The position numbers and the translations under genes are program-made. Positions 29,242 through 39,386 of a DNA stretch of 53,145 bases are shown here, one piece after another. The notes under the pieces were generated by a model. That model did no database searches. It was given only the letters and a program-made list of their open reading frames with translations, and had not been told where the DNA came from. Within the stretch, counting starts at the first letter, position 1. Every line of letters begins with the position of its first letter. This stretch comes from Shigella phage 2019SD1: the sequence record MT360681; one strand, given 5' to 3'.

Positions 29242-30568
29242 ATGATTCCAAACATTGAAAAGCAAATATCAGCACTTGGTGAAGCGGTAATTAAATCCAT
29301 TCAGGAGCGATTCACTGTTGGCGAGGTTGTGCCTTACCCTTACCAGTGCGTTGCATACGCTGAGATCGCAAAGCGTATGAAAAATTATAAGCATCCATTC
29401 TTTGTTAAAGCGTCCGTATCGGCTGGCAAAACATTGATGTTTGCAATGGTTGCTCACCAGTGCCGGAAAATGGGATTAAAACGCAGGACTGAAGACAAAA
29501 GCGCATACTTTCCGATTGTTGTTGGTGCTGAGGGTACTGTAGTTAATGGACTGTTTAAAGCGCTTGGCGACTATGTTCCGCACGTTATCGGGATTGACGA
29601 GTGTCACCGGTGGATTGGGAAGACCTTGCCGACGCAAACAACGAAGAAAGGCGAAAAAGTACCAAATCCAGATTATGACATAACAAAGGGAAGCAGGAAC
29701 AGAAATACAGAGTTCCTGATTGGCGAGGATGGCTTGCCAATGGAGGGAACAGGCCGCACACAATACACTGTCATTATCATGGAAATGATGCGCCGCTGCC
29801 GGAAAGCATATGGTCATGAACTGCGCATCTTTGGTATGACTGGATCGGAGTTTCGCGGCGTAGTCCCGATCCCGGTAGAAGACAAAAGCAGAAAGGATTC
29901 TGGCGTGAACAGGTTACTAATATTGATACCAACTACCCCAACAAATTTTGGCGACGTTGGCGATCTAGGGTATGACCTTTCAGAGTTTGAGGCATCCAGT
30001 GAGGATGGAGTTGCAGACTTTGACGCTAAAACGCTTCGCAGGATGGAACAAAAATTCATGAAGAAGCGACCATGCAGGAGAAAGGCACTGCAAAGAGGCA
30101 GCGGCAGCATTGCCACCGGAACGACTTACAGGATCATTACTGGTAAAACTGGCGACAACCAGCGCAAGGAGTGGCTGAGGGAAGCATACGAAGGGAAGGT
30201 AAAATACATCTTCCGTGTTCAGGCGCTAACAACTGGCGTTAACGTGCCGTTTTGGGATACGTCTGTTATTCTGCGCAAGATTGGATCGCTAACTTTGCTG
30301 ATTCAGCTTTTAGGTCGCGGAATGCGACTACTTAAGAAGTGGCATAAGGAGCAAGGATTCAAGAAAGATGATCACCTCGTCATGGATTTTTCAGGAACGA
30401 TGGACGAGTTAGGGAGCTTTATTTTGATCCGATACTGGAGCAGGCGCAGCACCAGAAGCGATTCAGGAACGGTAAAGATCCGAAGCCGTGCCCTATTTGC
30501 GGAACTCTTAATAGCTATTATGCTCGCCGTTGTATGCACGCACGTAGACGAAAACGACAACAGATGTG
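29242..30568 (+). CDS. SF2 helicase (DEAH-type) with C-terminal zinc ribbon; frame disruption near 30420
   Basis: Walker A-like ASVSAGKT, DECH box (..IGIDECHRW..), motif VI-like ..LIQLLGRGMRL..; alternative frame ends ..KPCPICGTLNSYYARRCMHARRRKRQQM-stop. Confidence 0.6.
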
Positions 30569-30724
30569 AGTGGTTCTTTAAATTCAGGACATGTGATGAT
30601 CAGATTGACCCGCGCACTAAAAGATTATTCAGCGCGGCTGTGGAACTAAAATCATTGATTGACCCAAACGAGAAGTTAAGCGGAAAGCACTATACAAAAA
30701 CGACTGGTTCGGTGCAATCTTTCT

Positions 30725-31206
30725 CTGTTGACATGACGAAAAACCAGAAAGGGATAATATTTAATTATGAGCTTTCCGATGGCATAGACACTTTCAGGGC
30801 GAGAGAGATATTTTCCCTGAATCTGAAAGCCAAATTTGCCGCGCAAAATGGCGAAGCGTTGCTCTTAAGCACATACCAGATCGCCGTGTTGCTGGCATGG
30901 TGGCGAGCTATCGTAATGCAAGAAAAATCATTGATTGACCCAAACGAGAAGTTAAGCGGAAAGCACTATACAAAAACGACTGGTTCGGTGCAATCTTTCT
31001 CTGTTGACATGACGAAAAACCAGAAAGGGATAATATTTAATTATGAGCTTTCCGATGGCATAGACACTTTCAGGGCGAGAGAGATATTTTCCCTGAATCT
31101 GAAAGCCAAATTTGCCGCGCAAAATGGCGAAGCGTTGCTCTTAAGCACATACCAGATCGCCGTGTTGCTGGCATGGTGGCGAGCTATCGTAATGCAAGAA
31201 AAATAA
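30725..31206 (+). CDS. Small hypothetical protein with hydrophobic C-terminus, present as two exact tandem copies (276-bp unit)
   Basis: Repeated peptide MTKNQKGIIFNYELSDGIDTFRAREIFSLNLKAKFAAQNGEALLLSTYQIAVLLAWWRAIVMQEK. Confidence 0.25.
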
Positions 31207-31303
31207 TGCAATATGTGAATCACATCATGCCACCATCGCGTGTGACTCACCGCAAGACTAGCAAGGAGAAGATAATTTGTACAAGAAGGAGTTTAATTAT
31301 GGC

Positions 31304-31808
31304 AATGACTGATAAAGGCGATTATCTGGAGTTTTACGAAAGAGATCCGACGGATACGCTAAAGGAGGAATCACACCAGATCGGGGCGTTTCAATGGTTA
31401 ACTTATGCTCATCCTGAATTTCTTGCCGGCATACGAAAACGAGGGCGACAAGGGATCGCCACCGCAATGATGGATCAGCAAGCAGGACTCGTTAAGGGAG
31501 TAAGTGATTTCATCATCCTGATTGGATTAAAGGCCGTTATCCGTTCGCGGCAAGCAATGACTGATAAAGGCGATTATCTGGAGTTTTACGAAAGAGATCC
31601 GACGGATACGCTAAAGGAGGAATCACACCAGATCGGGGCGTTTCAATGGTTAACTTATGCTCATCCTGAATTTCTTGCCGGCATACGAAAACGAGGGCGA
31701 CAAGGGATCGCCACCGCAATGATGGATCAGCAAGCAGGACTCGTTAAGGGAGTAAGTGATTTCATCATCCTGATTGGATTAAAGGCCGTTATCCGTTCGC
31801 GGCAATAG
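31304..31808 (+). CDS. Hypothetical nuclease-like protein (VRR-NUC-like, tentative); exact tandem 252-bp duplication (31303-31554, 31555-31806)
   Basis: AGGAG RBS plus ATG at 31304; ..GLVKGVSDFIILIG.. loosely resembles VRR-NUC motif. Confidence 0.3.
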
Positions 31809-31900
31809 AGATGAAGCGCGTCAATAAGTCCGGCAAGGGAAAGGCTTCACCAGTCAGCAAGGAAATAACACCAGTTCAACAAGCAGCAGGTAATTAAGAA

Positions 31901-32653
31901 ATGGCGCAATCCTTCGCGCCTGTTTTAACAAAAGTGCTATTTCATCATGTATTCTACAGCGATCATGAATTGCTTATATCCGTATGTTACGGCAGCGAAT
32001 CCGCCAAGCTCACGCACGCGGCGCAAGAAGGCTTTAGTAAAGAAACTGAAGTGACATTTGAACAAATAGAACGAGAAACATTCATTGGCAATGCTCTTGC
32101 TACTGGAGGCCATTACCGTGCCGTTAAACCAAATCAATATTATAAAGTCACTGGCAACCGCTATAACGGCAGCAACACGCCTGACATTGTGCGCGATTTG
32201 TGGTCCACGCCGTCAGAGGTTGTCGAATGGATGGAAAGCGAATACGGTGATTATGACATCGACGCGGCGGCAAGCAAAGAAAACGCTGTATGTGAAAAAT
32301 TCTACAGCAAGGAAACAAATTGCTTAAAGCGTTGGTGGGGTAGTAATAAGCATATCTGGCTGAATCCACCGTACAGCAATATAACGCCTTTCGTTAAGAA
32401 AGCGATTGAGCAAATGGAGCACAATAACCAGATCGACATTCTGTTGCCTTGCGACACATCGACAGGATGGTTTTATGAGGCACAACAGAAAGCAGCGGAA
32501 ATCATCTGGATCACTGGCGAAGTTTACCGGAGGACGGAACAGAATATTCCCGCACAGGACGCCTTGCTTTCACTTCAGCGCTTACAGGTAAACCAGTGCA
32601 GGAAACAACAAAGGAAGCGTTATTTTCATCATGCGCGAACTGAAAGAAGGTGA
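31901..32653 (+). CDS. dam: DNA N6-adenine methyltransferase (phage Dam family); C-terminus probably frame-disrupted
   Basis: ..WSTPSEV..DIDAAAS..HIWLNPPYS.. motifs (NPPY catalytic motif) as in phage Dam-type methyltransferases. Confidence 0.6.
   Translation: MAQSFAPVLTKVLFHHVFYSDHELLISVCYGSESAKLTHAAQEGFSKETEVTFEQIERETFIGNALATGGHYRAVKPNQYYKVTGNRYNGSNTPDIVRDLWSTPSEVVEWMESEYGDYDIDAAASKENAVCEKFYSKETNCLKRWWGSNKHIWLNPPYSNITPFVKKAIEQMEHNNQIDILLPCDTSTGWFYEAQQKAAEIIWITGEVYRRTEQNIPAQDALLSLQRLQVNQCRKQQRKRYFHHARTERR
31921..31942 (-). promoter_or_regulatory. Conserved promoter-like motif copy, leftward orientation, inside start of Dam ORF
   Basis: TGTTTTAACAAAAGTGCTATTT. Confidence 0.3.
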
Positions 32654-32968
32654 GCAGCAGAAAACGCGATACGTTAAGATCAGCGACATTTGCCCGTCTG
32701 TGGCAGAGCGTCGAGCAAGAAAGCGGAGTTAATATCATGCAGAAAGAAAGAAGCGTTTATTTAAATGAAACTGGCGAGTGGTTGCTATTTCGCGCTATGG
32801 TTTGCGAAGCGCTTGATAAAACGATTTCATAAAACCGCTATTAGGTTGCGATCCGTGGGAGTTTACAAGCGCGCTTGACATGAGCTTTGAGGAAACAAGA
32901 AAACTACCGCTTGAAAATGGCATGAGCAGATCGGTAAAGACTTGCAAGAGTTTTACGAATCCGCGTCA

Positions 32969-32990
32969 AAATAGCACTTTTGTTAAAACG
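32969..32990 (+). promoter_or_regulatory. Conserved promoter-like motif copy
   Basis: AAATAGCACTTTTGTTAAAACG followed by hairpin GCCCGG..CGGGC and CATAAT. Confidence 0.5.
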
Positions 32991-33043
32991 CCCGGCCTTG
33001 TGTCGGGCATAATTATTTCATCAAAACGAACAAGAGGAAAACA

Positions 33044-33223
33044 AAATGGTTGTTTACGATCCACGCGCTTTTAAAATTGCCCAAGAAGTTTCACGCGAAT
33101 CTGTTGCTGGCGGTTCTGCTAACGGCTATCAGTTTGATTGGTCGGCAGCAATGACCTTGCTTAAGGTTGCATATGGTCACGCGCCAATTAAAACAGCGGA
33201 GGAATATTATAAGCATGAAGGTT
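33044..33223 (+). CDS. Small hypothetical protein
   Basis: AGAGGAAAACAAA plus ATG, downstream of promoter motif copy at 32969-32990. Confidence 0.3.
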
Positions 33224-33457
33224 GAACAAGGTAGGCAGGCCGTATGGGATCACGCAAAGGAATGTGGGATCTCTGAAGACATAGCCGGGATAGCAAAATA
33301 TTTTGATATTGCTGACATAAGCATTATAAGCGGCGACAAAATGACTTTTCTCAATGAACGACCGCGCAAAATGCATCGCGTCCCAGCAATACCAACAAAG
33401 ATTGATTTCAAAGAGGCTATGGCGAAAATTCGCGAGCCGCGCAAATACTACAAATGA
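33215..33457 (+). CDS. Small hypothetical protein
   Basis: ORF with GGAGGA upstream. Confidence 0.3.
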   Translation: MKVEQGRQAVWDHAKECGISEDIAGIAKYFDIADISIISGDKMTFLNERPRKMHRVPAIPTKIDFKEAMAKIREPRKYYK

Positions 33458-33555
33458 GGATTATTATCATGTGGCGTTTGTTACTTTTGCCCTTACCTGT
33501 TATGATGGCGATCTCTATTGTGTATGTTGTCATAATGAGATAAGGAGAATTTTTG

Positions 33556-33733
33556 ATGAAGCAAATCAAAATCACAGATGAACAATTTATCAATGAGCGC
33601 AAGCAGGAAAGACATATAAGCAGATCGCTAATGAGTATGGCATGAACGTTCGAAGCATTGAGCGCCGCGCGGCACGATTAGCAAAGAAGGAGAGATTGAC
33701 ACAAAAGGTGCGCCGGATTTGGGATTGCTCGTG
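33556..33733 (+). CDS. Small HTH-like DNA-binding protein (one frame disruption)
   Basis: AAGGAGAA RBS plus ATG; alternative frame reads ..GKTYKQIANEYGMNVRSIERRAARLAKKE.. Confidence 0.3.
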
Positions 33734-33806
33734 AATCTGTTTTACGACGCGCCAACGGTGAAGAAGTAAGATTCAGATAATTGAAGGCAACCACGACCAA
33801 AGCGGC

Positions 33807-34997
33807 ATGAGATGGACAATCACCACTCGCGACAAAGAACAGCTAGAAGCATTAATGCAGGCCGCTATGGATGCATTTAGCGAAGAAGTTCCGCGACTTG
33901 ATCCGCAACCGGAATCACAAAAGGATTATAGCGAGACGTTATCACTGTATCCGATCTTTGATATGCACCGGGCGCAATGGCGCATAAGCATGAATGCGGC
34001 GAGAACTGGGATACAGCAACAGCAGAGCGCGAATAATTTCATTGATTATTCCATCCAGTGCGCGCCGGATAGCGAAAAGGCTGTTTTGCTGATTGGTGGT
34101 GACATGCTGCATAGTGACGGCACGGAAGCGGTGACACCTGCAAGCGGTCACGTATTGGATCAAGATAGTCGATACGCAAAACTTGTTTATGTTGCCATCC
34201 GGTCAGTGCGTCGAGCAATAGCAAAGCTGTTATCAAAACATAAAACGAGATGGACAATCACCACTCGCGACAAAGAACAGCTAGAAGCATTAATGCAGGC
34301 CGCTATGGATGCATTTAGCGAAGAAGTTCCGCGACTTGATCCGCAACCGGAATCACAAAAGGATTATAGCGAGACGTTATCACTGTATCCGATCTTTGAT
34401 ATGCACCGGGCGCAATGGCGCATAAGCATGAATGCGGCGAGAACTGGGATACAGCAACAGCAGAGCGCGAATAATTTCATTGATTATTCCATCCAGTGCG
34501 CGCCGGATAGCGAAAAGGCTGTTTTGCTGATTGGTGGTGACATGCTGCATAGTGACGGCACGGAAGCGGTGACACCTGCAAGCGGTCACGTATTGGATCA
34601 AGATAGTCGATACGCAAAACTTGTTTATGTTGCCATCCGGTCAGTGCGTCGAGCAATAGCAAAGCTGTTATCAAAACATAAAACGATCTGGTTGCGCGCA
34701 GCAATGGCGGCAGCATATGAGAATGAGCCGCGAGTGCATGTTGATGTTTCTCCGCGAGTAGTTCATCACACGCAATATGGCAAAACATTCCCGCATACCA
34801 TCATCTGGTTGCGCGCAGCAATGGCGGCAGCATATGAGAATGAGCCGCGAGTGCATGTTGATGTTTCTCCGCGAGTAGTTCATCACACGCAATATGGCAA
34901 AACATTCCCGCATACCATCATGGGCACACTATCCGCAAACCTGAAACATTGGCGGCAAAGATGCATACGCTGCGCGCGAGTACATAGCACTATATAA
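33807..34997 (+). CDS. Hypothetical protein; exact tandem 438-bp duplication (33810-34247, 34248-34685) and 117-bp tandem duplication (34686-34802, 34803-34919)
   Basis: 396-aa ORF composed largely of repeated units. Confidence 0.3.
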   Translation: MRWTITTRDKEQLEALMQAAMDAFSEEVPRLDPQPESQKDYSETLSLYPIFDMHRAQWRISMNAARTGIQQQQSANNFIDYSIQCAPDSEKAVLLIGGDMLHSDGTEAVTPASGHVLDQDSRYAKLVYVAIRSVRRAIAKLLSKHKTRWTITTRDKEQLEALMQAAMDAFSEEVPRLDPQPESQKDYSETLSLYPIFDMHRAQWRISMNAARTGIQQQQSANNFIDYSIQCAPDSEKAVLLIGGDMLHSDGTEAVTPASGHVLDQDSRYAKLVYVAIRSVRRAIAKLLSKHKTIWLRAAMAAAYENEPRVHVDVSPRVVHHTQYGKTFPHTIIWLRAAMAAAYENEPRVHVDVSPRVVHHTQYGKTFPHTIMGTLSANLKHWRQRCIRCARVHSTI

Positions 34998-35012
34998 ATC
35001 ATCAATTTAATT

Positions 35013-35040
35013 GGGCGAGGCATTTTGCTTCGCCCTTTTT
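35013..35040 (+). terminator. Hairpin terminator upstream of lysis genes
   Basis: GGGCGAG-GCATTTTGC-TTCGCCC followed by TTTTTATT. Confidence 0.4.
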
Positions 35041-35112
35041 ATTCCTTTTGTGCGTTCAATGGTTAGGATACAGTCAATTAATTGTTGACTTTTATCTACA
35101 GGAGATCTAATC

Positions 35113-35327
35113 ATGAAAGATTTTTAAACGCTGTAACTTCAGGCACTGGCGGCGCGTCAATCACTGGCGCTGTAACTGGTCAAACAACTATTGCAATAGC
35201 CAGCTTGGTTTTGATGGCTGCATTTGGTATGTGGGGCGCTTATCTTCGTTGGCGTGATAGTAAGGCGCTACGTGACGCTCTTGAATGCGGTGATATTAAG
35301 AAAGCTATTGAGATCAGAGGTAAATAA
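35113..35327 (+). CDS. Holin (start codon present but frame interrupted after 4 codons)
   Basis: CAGGAGATCTAATC plus ATG; translation ..GGASITGAVTGQTTIAIASLVLMAAFGMWGAYLRWRDSK.. with transmembrane segment and charged C-terminus. Confidence 0.45.
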
Positions 35328-35935
35328 TGAGTATAAAACAAAGAAACGTACACACAGAGAGAGTGCGATGCGCTACTGGCAAAGCATATCAAGATCGCAA
35401 AGGATGAAGTTGATAAACGTGTAAAGGTTGATATCCCTGATACAATGACCGCTGCGGCTTTTGGCGTTGCTCTTGCTCTTACTTCTCCATTACTGGAGGA
35501 AATAGAAGGAGTAAAACATAAACCGTACAAAGATATTGCTGGAATATGGACGGTTTGCGCCGGAATAACTGGACCTGACGTAATGCCGACCGCTGCGGCT
35601 TTTGGCGTTGCTCTTGCTCTTACTTCTCCATTACTGGAGGAAATAGAAGGAGTAAAACATAAACCGTACAAAGATATTGCTGGAATATGGACGGTTTGCG
35701 CCGGACGCGCAGCGATGTATTCATTCACATACAATGCTGGCACTGGTGCTTTTAGAAATTCAACCATGCTTAAGCTGATTAATAACGGTCGTTATATGGA
35801 AGCGTGCAATCAGTTATGGCGATGGACAAAATACACCAATCCAAAACAGGAAAGAAAGAAACGTCTAAAGGACTGCGCAACCGCCGCGCGGTGGAATTTA
35901 AATATTGCATTAAGGATCTGTAATCATGAGAAAGT
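35327..35935 (+). CDS. Endolysin, GH24 lysozyme-like; tandem ~141-bp duplication (35447-35587, 35588-35710) and frame disruption near N-terminus
   Basis: ..LEEIEGVKHKPYKDIAGIWTVCAG.. matches the E-G..Y.D..G..T.G.G lysozyme catalytic region; C-terminal ..FTYNAGTGAFRNSTMLKLINNGRYMEACNQLWRW.. Confidence 0.55.
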
Positions 35936-36026
35936 TATCAGCAATCGCGATCGCTGTTATTTAATATGCGTGGTTGTGTTAATTGTGCTGATTTGTCTTT
36001 ACTGGAGAGAAGAAAAGGAGGCTTAA
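35927..36026 (+). CDS. Small membrane protein (possible spanin fragment)
   Basis: ATG at 35927 overlapping end of endolysin; hydrophobic stretch; frame interrupted. Confidence 0.2.
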
Positions 36027-36040
36027 CGCCTCCTTTGTTA
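36015..36040. terminator. Bidirectional rho-independent terminator between endolysin region and convergent minus-strand gene
   Basis: GGAGGC-TTAAC-GCCTCC followed by TTTGTTA. Confidence 0.55.
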
Positions 36041-36280
36041 TTCAATTCTCTTTACAGTAACCAACAAAACGCCGTCATCATCACACAAATTATGCTCTGA
36101 TATGTTAAACGCTCGCATGTCAGAATGAATGAGCGTTAACATTGCGTGCATGAAGTCTTCATGTGAGATTTGAGAAGTAGCGCAAAACTTAAGAATTTCA
36201 TCTATCAGTTTACTTTCCATGATTTTCATGATAACCAAGTTTAGCCTCTGCTTGTTCTCTTGCCATAATTGCATCATCAA
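36038..36280 (-). CDS. Hypothetical protein (80 aa)
   Basis: Minus-strand ORF ending at the bidirectional terminator. Confidence 0.4.
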   Translation of the reverse strand: MMMQLWQENKQRLNLVIMKIMESKLIDEILKFCATSQISHEDFMHAMLTLIHSDMRAFNISEHNLCDDDGVLLVTVKRIE

Positions 36281-36324
36281 TGCTTGAAAATAATCCTAAA
36301 TGAACACTCTTACCTTTATCATAT

Positions 36325-36978
36325 ATGGTTGCATGCCATTTTTTCTTTCTTCCTCCAGCACACCCCTATTCCATTGTCATATATAAATATTTTATTCCAA
36401 TCGATTGGAATAAAATATTTATATATGACAATGGAATATTGTGGGAAATGCACAATGGAAAAATACCAGAAGGAATGGAGATAGATCATATATGGCACAA
36501 TAGGTGGGATAACAGGATTGAAAATTTAAGGCTTGCATCAAGATTAGAGAACAGCAAAAACGTATCTCTACTAAAAAGAAATAAATCTGGTAGGGTTGGG
36601 GTGTGCTGGAGGAAGAAAGAAAGGTGGAGAAACAGAAGGGGAAAAGCAAAGCACGGAAGCGTTGCTGGATGTGTAGATAAAAATGGCTATGTAAGAATAA
36701 GGTATAATGGTGTATTGCTTTTGGCACATAGGATAATATGGGAAATGCACAATGGAAAAATACCAGAAGGAATGGAGATAGATCATATATGGCACAATAG
36801 GTGGGATAACAGGATTGAAAATTTAAGGCTTGCATCAAGATTAGAGAACAGCAAAAACGTATCTCTACTAAAAAGAAATAAATCTGGTAGGGTTGGGGTG
36901 TGCTGGAGGAAGAAAGAAAAAATGGCATGCAACCATATACATATCTTTTCCTTAGAGCTTTTATTTGTTGTCTATTAA
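36325..36978 (+). CDS. HNH homing endonuclease with AP2-like DNA-binding domain; internal ~180-297-bp duplication (36442-36620 approx = 36739-36917)
   Basis: ..NGYVRIRYNGVLLLAHRIIWEMHNGKIPEGMEIDHIWHNRWDNRIENLRLASRLENSKN.. classic HNH motif; ..KSGRVGVCWRKK.. AP2-like. Confidence 0.65.
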   Translation: MVACHFFFLPPAHPYSIVIYKYFIPIDWNKIFIYDNGILWEMHNGKIPEGMEIDHIWHNRWDNRIENLRLASRLENSKNVSLLKRNKSGRVGVCWRKKERWRNRRGKAKHGSVAGCVDKNGYVRIRYNGVLLLAHRIIWEMHNGKIPEGMEIDHIWHNRWDNRIENLRLASRLENSKNVSLLKRNKSGRVGVCWRKKEKMACNHIHIFSLELLFVVY

Positions 36979-36996
36979 CATTTGACGTAAACAGTT

Positions 36997-37500
36997 CTTC
37001 ATCGCTCATTTCTCCGATCCGTAAAACATCCCTAACCCATTCGTTTTGCATACCTTCCGGGCTGTAAAGTTCAAACGAGAAAGGTCGATTTGCGGATCCT
37101 TTCTTACACCAGAACTTTCCATCAACTCCATCTGCTGCATTCAGGAACTGAACTGAGCGAGCAATGTTGCGCGCCAACTTTCCAACAACATCAACATCAT
37201 TGCCAAGAGAAATTACAGGGTAGCGATCATTTCCGTTATTAACATCATTAACCTCACCCCAAAAGCTGGACGATTGACGGTATCCGTTTGCCTGAATGGA
37301 CACGCGCACCGGAGACAATCCTTGTGCATCAGCTAATTCGATAATTTGTTTTGGTGTTAGTTTGTTGGTTTCAAACGAAAAATTCGAGTTGATGGAAAGT
37401 TCTGGTGTAAGAAAGGATCCGCAAATCGACCTTTCTCGTTTGAACTTTACAGCCCGGAAGGTATGCAAAACGAATGGGTTAGGGATGTTTTACGGATCGG
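36997..37500. repeat. Fold-back structure: ~95-bp perfect inverted repeats (36997-37090 and 37405-37500) flanking a ~315-bp segment that codes on the minus strand
   Basis: 37405-37500 is the exact reverse complement of 36997-37090; best reading frame of the enclosed segment is on the minus strand whereas the continuing gene is on the plus strand. Confidence 0.8.
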
Positions 37501-38747
37501 AGAAACTTGGACGCTTCACGGTTGAGTATCACGGAACGGATCAGCCGACCGCTCTTTATGTTGTCACAAGCCAGCCTCCTTCAACTGGTAAATCTGCCGT
37601 TAACAGCCCGGCACTTGCTCCAATGGTTGCAGAAGTAGAAAGAATTAACGATCAGCGAAAGAAGGAAAGAAAAAGATTCAGGCAAAGTTGGCAGGTCTTG
37701 CAAAAGAGACTTGGACGCTTCACGGTTGAGTATCACGGAACGGATCAGCCGACCGCTCTTTATGTTGTCACAAGCCAGCCTCCTTCAACTGGTAAATCTG
37801 CCGTTAACAGCCCGGCACTTGCTCCAATGGTTGCAGAAGTAGAAAGAATTAACGATCAGCGAAAGAAGGAAAGAAAAAGATTCAGGCAAAGTTGGCAGGT
37901 CTTGCAAAAGAGAAGCAAAACATACATTAGCGCCGCCAACGCTTCTGGCTATGCTGGTGATGATGCTGAAATGGGTAAACTAATCGAGATCATCACTCGA
38001 CACGGCAAGGCTAATAAGGGGATCTTGAATGTGCGCGCCATATATGAGGCTGCACGAAAAGTTAAGCCGTTTGTTGGTCAGGCTGGCGTAATGAAGCGTA
38101 TGGAAACGCAACTGCTGCCGATGCTTGAAGAAAGAAATTATATTTGTGTGATTAATGGCGTTGTTTTTGTAAATCCAACATTGCTGGGGAGTGAATCAAA
38201 CATCCAGCTTAAGATCAGCAAATCAGCAATGCGAGTTCTTAACATGGCTCGTCAGGAGATGGAACCGCACCTTGCTGATGGAGGAAAGTATTCGCATACA
38301 ATGCTGCGCGGCGCGCTTGGCAAAATGGATAAGCAGGTGATCAGGATTGCTTCAGTTTTGCACACTATCCGCAACTGGTTTAATCGGCGGATACCCTCAA
38401 AAGTCGAAAGAGATCTGAAAGCATGGGATCACGGTCATGTTTCTATAGCTCGTGCAAACGCTGACAACAATATGAGTTTTAAAGCTCTTGGCTGTATGGC
38501 GGTAATTGCCCGTGATGAAACAATCAATGCCATCATGGATGCAGGATCGCGCGGTATCGGTGTGAGTGAGCGTTATTTGCTTGTGCGTGAGGAATCATTT
38601 TGTGACATCGTTTTCCCTGTGTCCGACACCACGCCGGAAGGACTTGCAAGAATCAACAATCGCCGGGGTAACTTTGCTGTGATTTCAGACGAGGCAACGA
38701 GTATTAACAGCCTTATTGATGATAACTCCTTTTTGATGCGGCAATAA
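37500..38747 (+). CDS. Putative replication protein with P-loop-like motif (primase/helicase-type, tentative); tandem 204-bp duplication (37506-37709, 37710-37913); native N-terminus probably lies in the inverted segment upstream
   Basis: ..VVTSQPPSTGKSAV.. Walker A-like; long ORF in replication region. Confidence 0.3.
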   Translation, partial: EKLGRFTVEYHGTDQPTALYVVTSQPPSTGKSAVNSPALAPMVAEVERINDQRKKERKRFRQSWQVLQKRLGRFTVEYHGTDQPTALYVVTSQPPSTGKSAVNSPALAPMVAEVERINDQRKKERKRFRQSWQVLQKRSKTYISAANASGYAGDDAEMGKLIEIITRHGKANKGILNVRAIYEAARKVKPFVGQAGVMKRMETQLLPMLEERNYICVINGVVFVNPTLLGSESNIQLKISKSAMRVLNMARQEMEPHLADGGKYSHTMLRGALGKMDKQVIRIASVLHTIRNWFNRRIPSKVERDLKAWDHGHVSIARANADNNMSFKALGCMAVIARDETINAIMDAGSRGIGVSERYLLVREESFCDIVFPVSDTTPEGLARINNRRGNFAVISDEATSINSLIDDNSFLMRQ

Positions 38748-38769
38748 TACCGCACCAATGCTACCCGCA

Positions 38770-38788
38770 TTTAACAAAAATGCTATTT
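38770..38788 (-). promoter_or_regulatory. Conserved promoter-like motif copy (variant), leftward orientation
   Basis: Minus-strand reading AAATAGCATTTTTGTTAAA followed by stem-loop TGCGG-TATTATT-CCGCA. Confidence 0.4.
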
Positions 38789-39128
38789 GATCCGCTCTAT
38801 GCTAACTAAGATTTTTCTGGTTCCCTTGCGCTATGGCAATGCGCGGTTACGGAATCAGCAAAATCAAAATAAAGTGATTTGTGGTAAGAAAGACCAATCA
38901 GCCACCCAACCATCGTTTTCTTTATTGGCCTGACTATATCGCCGTGATTGAAGGTTTTGTTGCCGAATGAGTCACCTTATAGCGATATTCTGGTAACGCT
39001 TTCCTTCTTTGAAATGCTTTTTGCACGGGATCTTGTGATCTACAAAGGTGCATTTAATTGTTTTGTTTTGATATGACGATAGTCAGACTCAACAGCGTTT
39101 TGCCACTTACTACCCTTTGTAATGTTCT

Positions 39129-39239
39129 TTACCCGAATTGTTCCAACTCGATCACATCATCGCTACCAGAAATTTTTTCGTATACGGTTTTATAGCGCCC
39201 GCTCATCAAAACGTTGGTTTTATTGCAGATAACTTTCAT
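39129..39239 (-). CDS. Small hypothetical protein (36 aa) or N-terminal remnant of a disrupted gene
   Basis: GGAGAAATAAACG plus ATG (minus strand) 50 bp downstream of promoter motif copy at 39293-39314. Confidence 0.25.
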   Translation of the reverse strand: MKVICNKTNVLMSGRYKTVYEKISGSDDVIELEQFG

Positions 39240-39292
39240 CGTTTATTTCTCCTTTCGTTTCGGTGAAGTGATTATGCCGTGCTTTTACACCG

Positions 39293-39314
39293 CTTTTAAC
39301 AAAAGTGCTATTTT
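39293..39314 (-). promoter_or_regulatory. Conserved promoter-like motif copy
   Basis: Minus-strand reading AAATAGCACTTTTGTTAAAAG then stem CGGTG..CACCG enclosing CATAAT, RBS and ATG. Confidence 0.55.
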
Positions 39315-39386
39315 GCGTTTGCTTCAAATACTGCGCGAGCAAAACCGCGCGGAGTGAGGGAGCGTAATTGTTTTGTTCTGGCAGAC

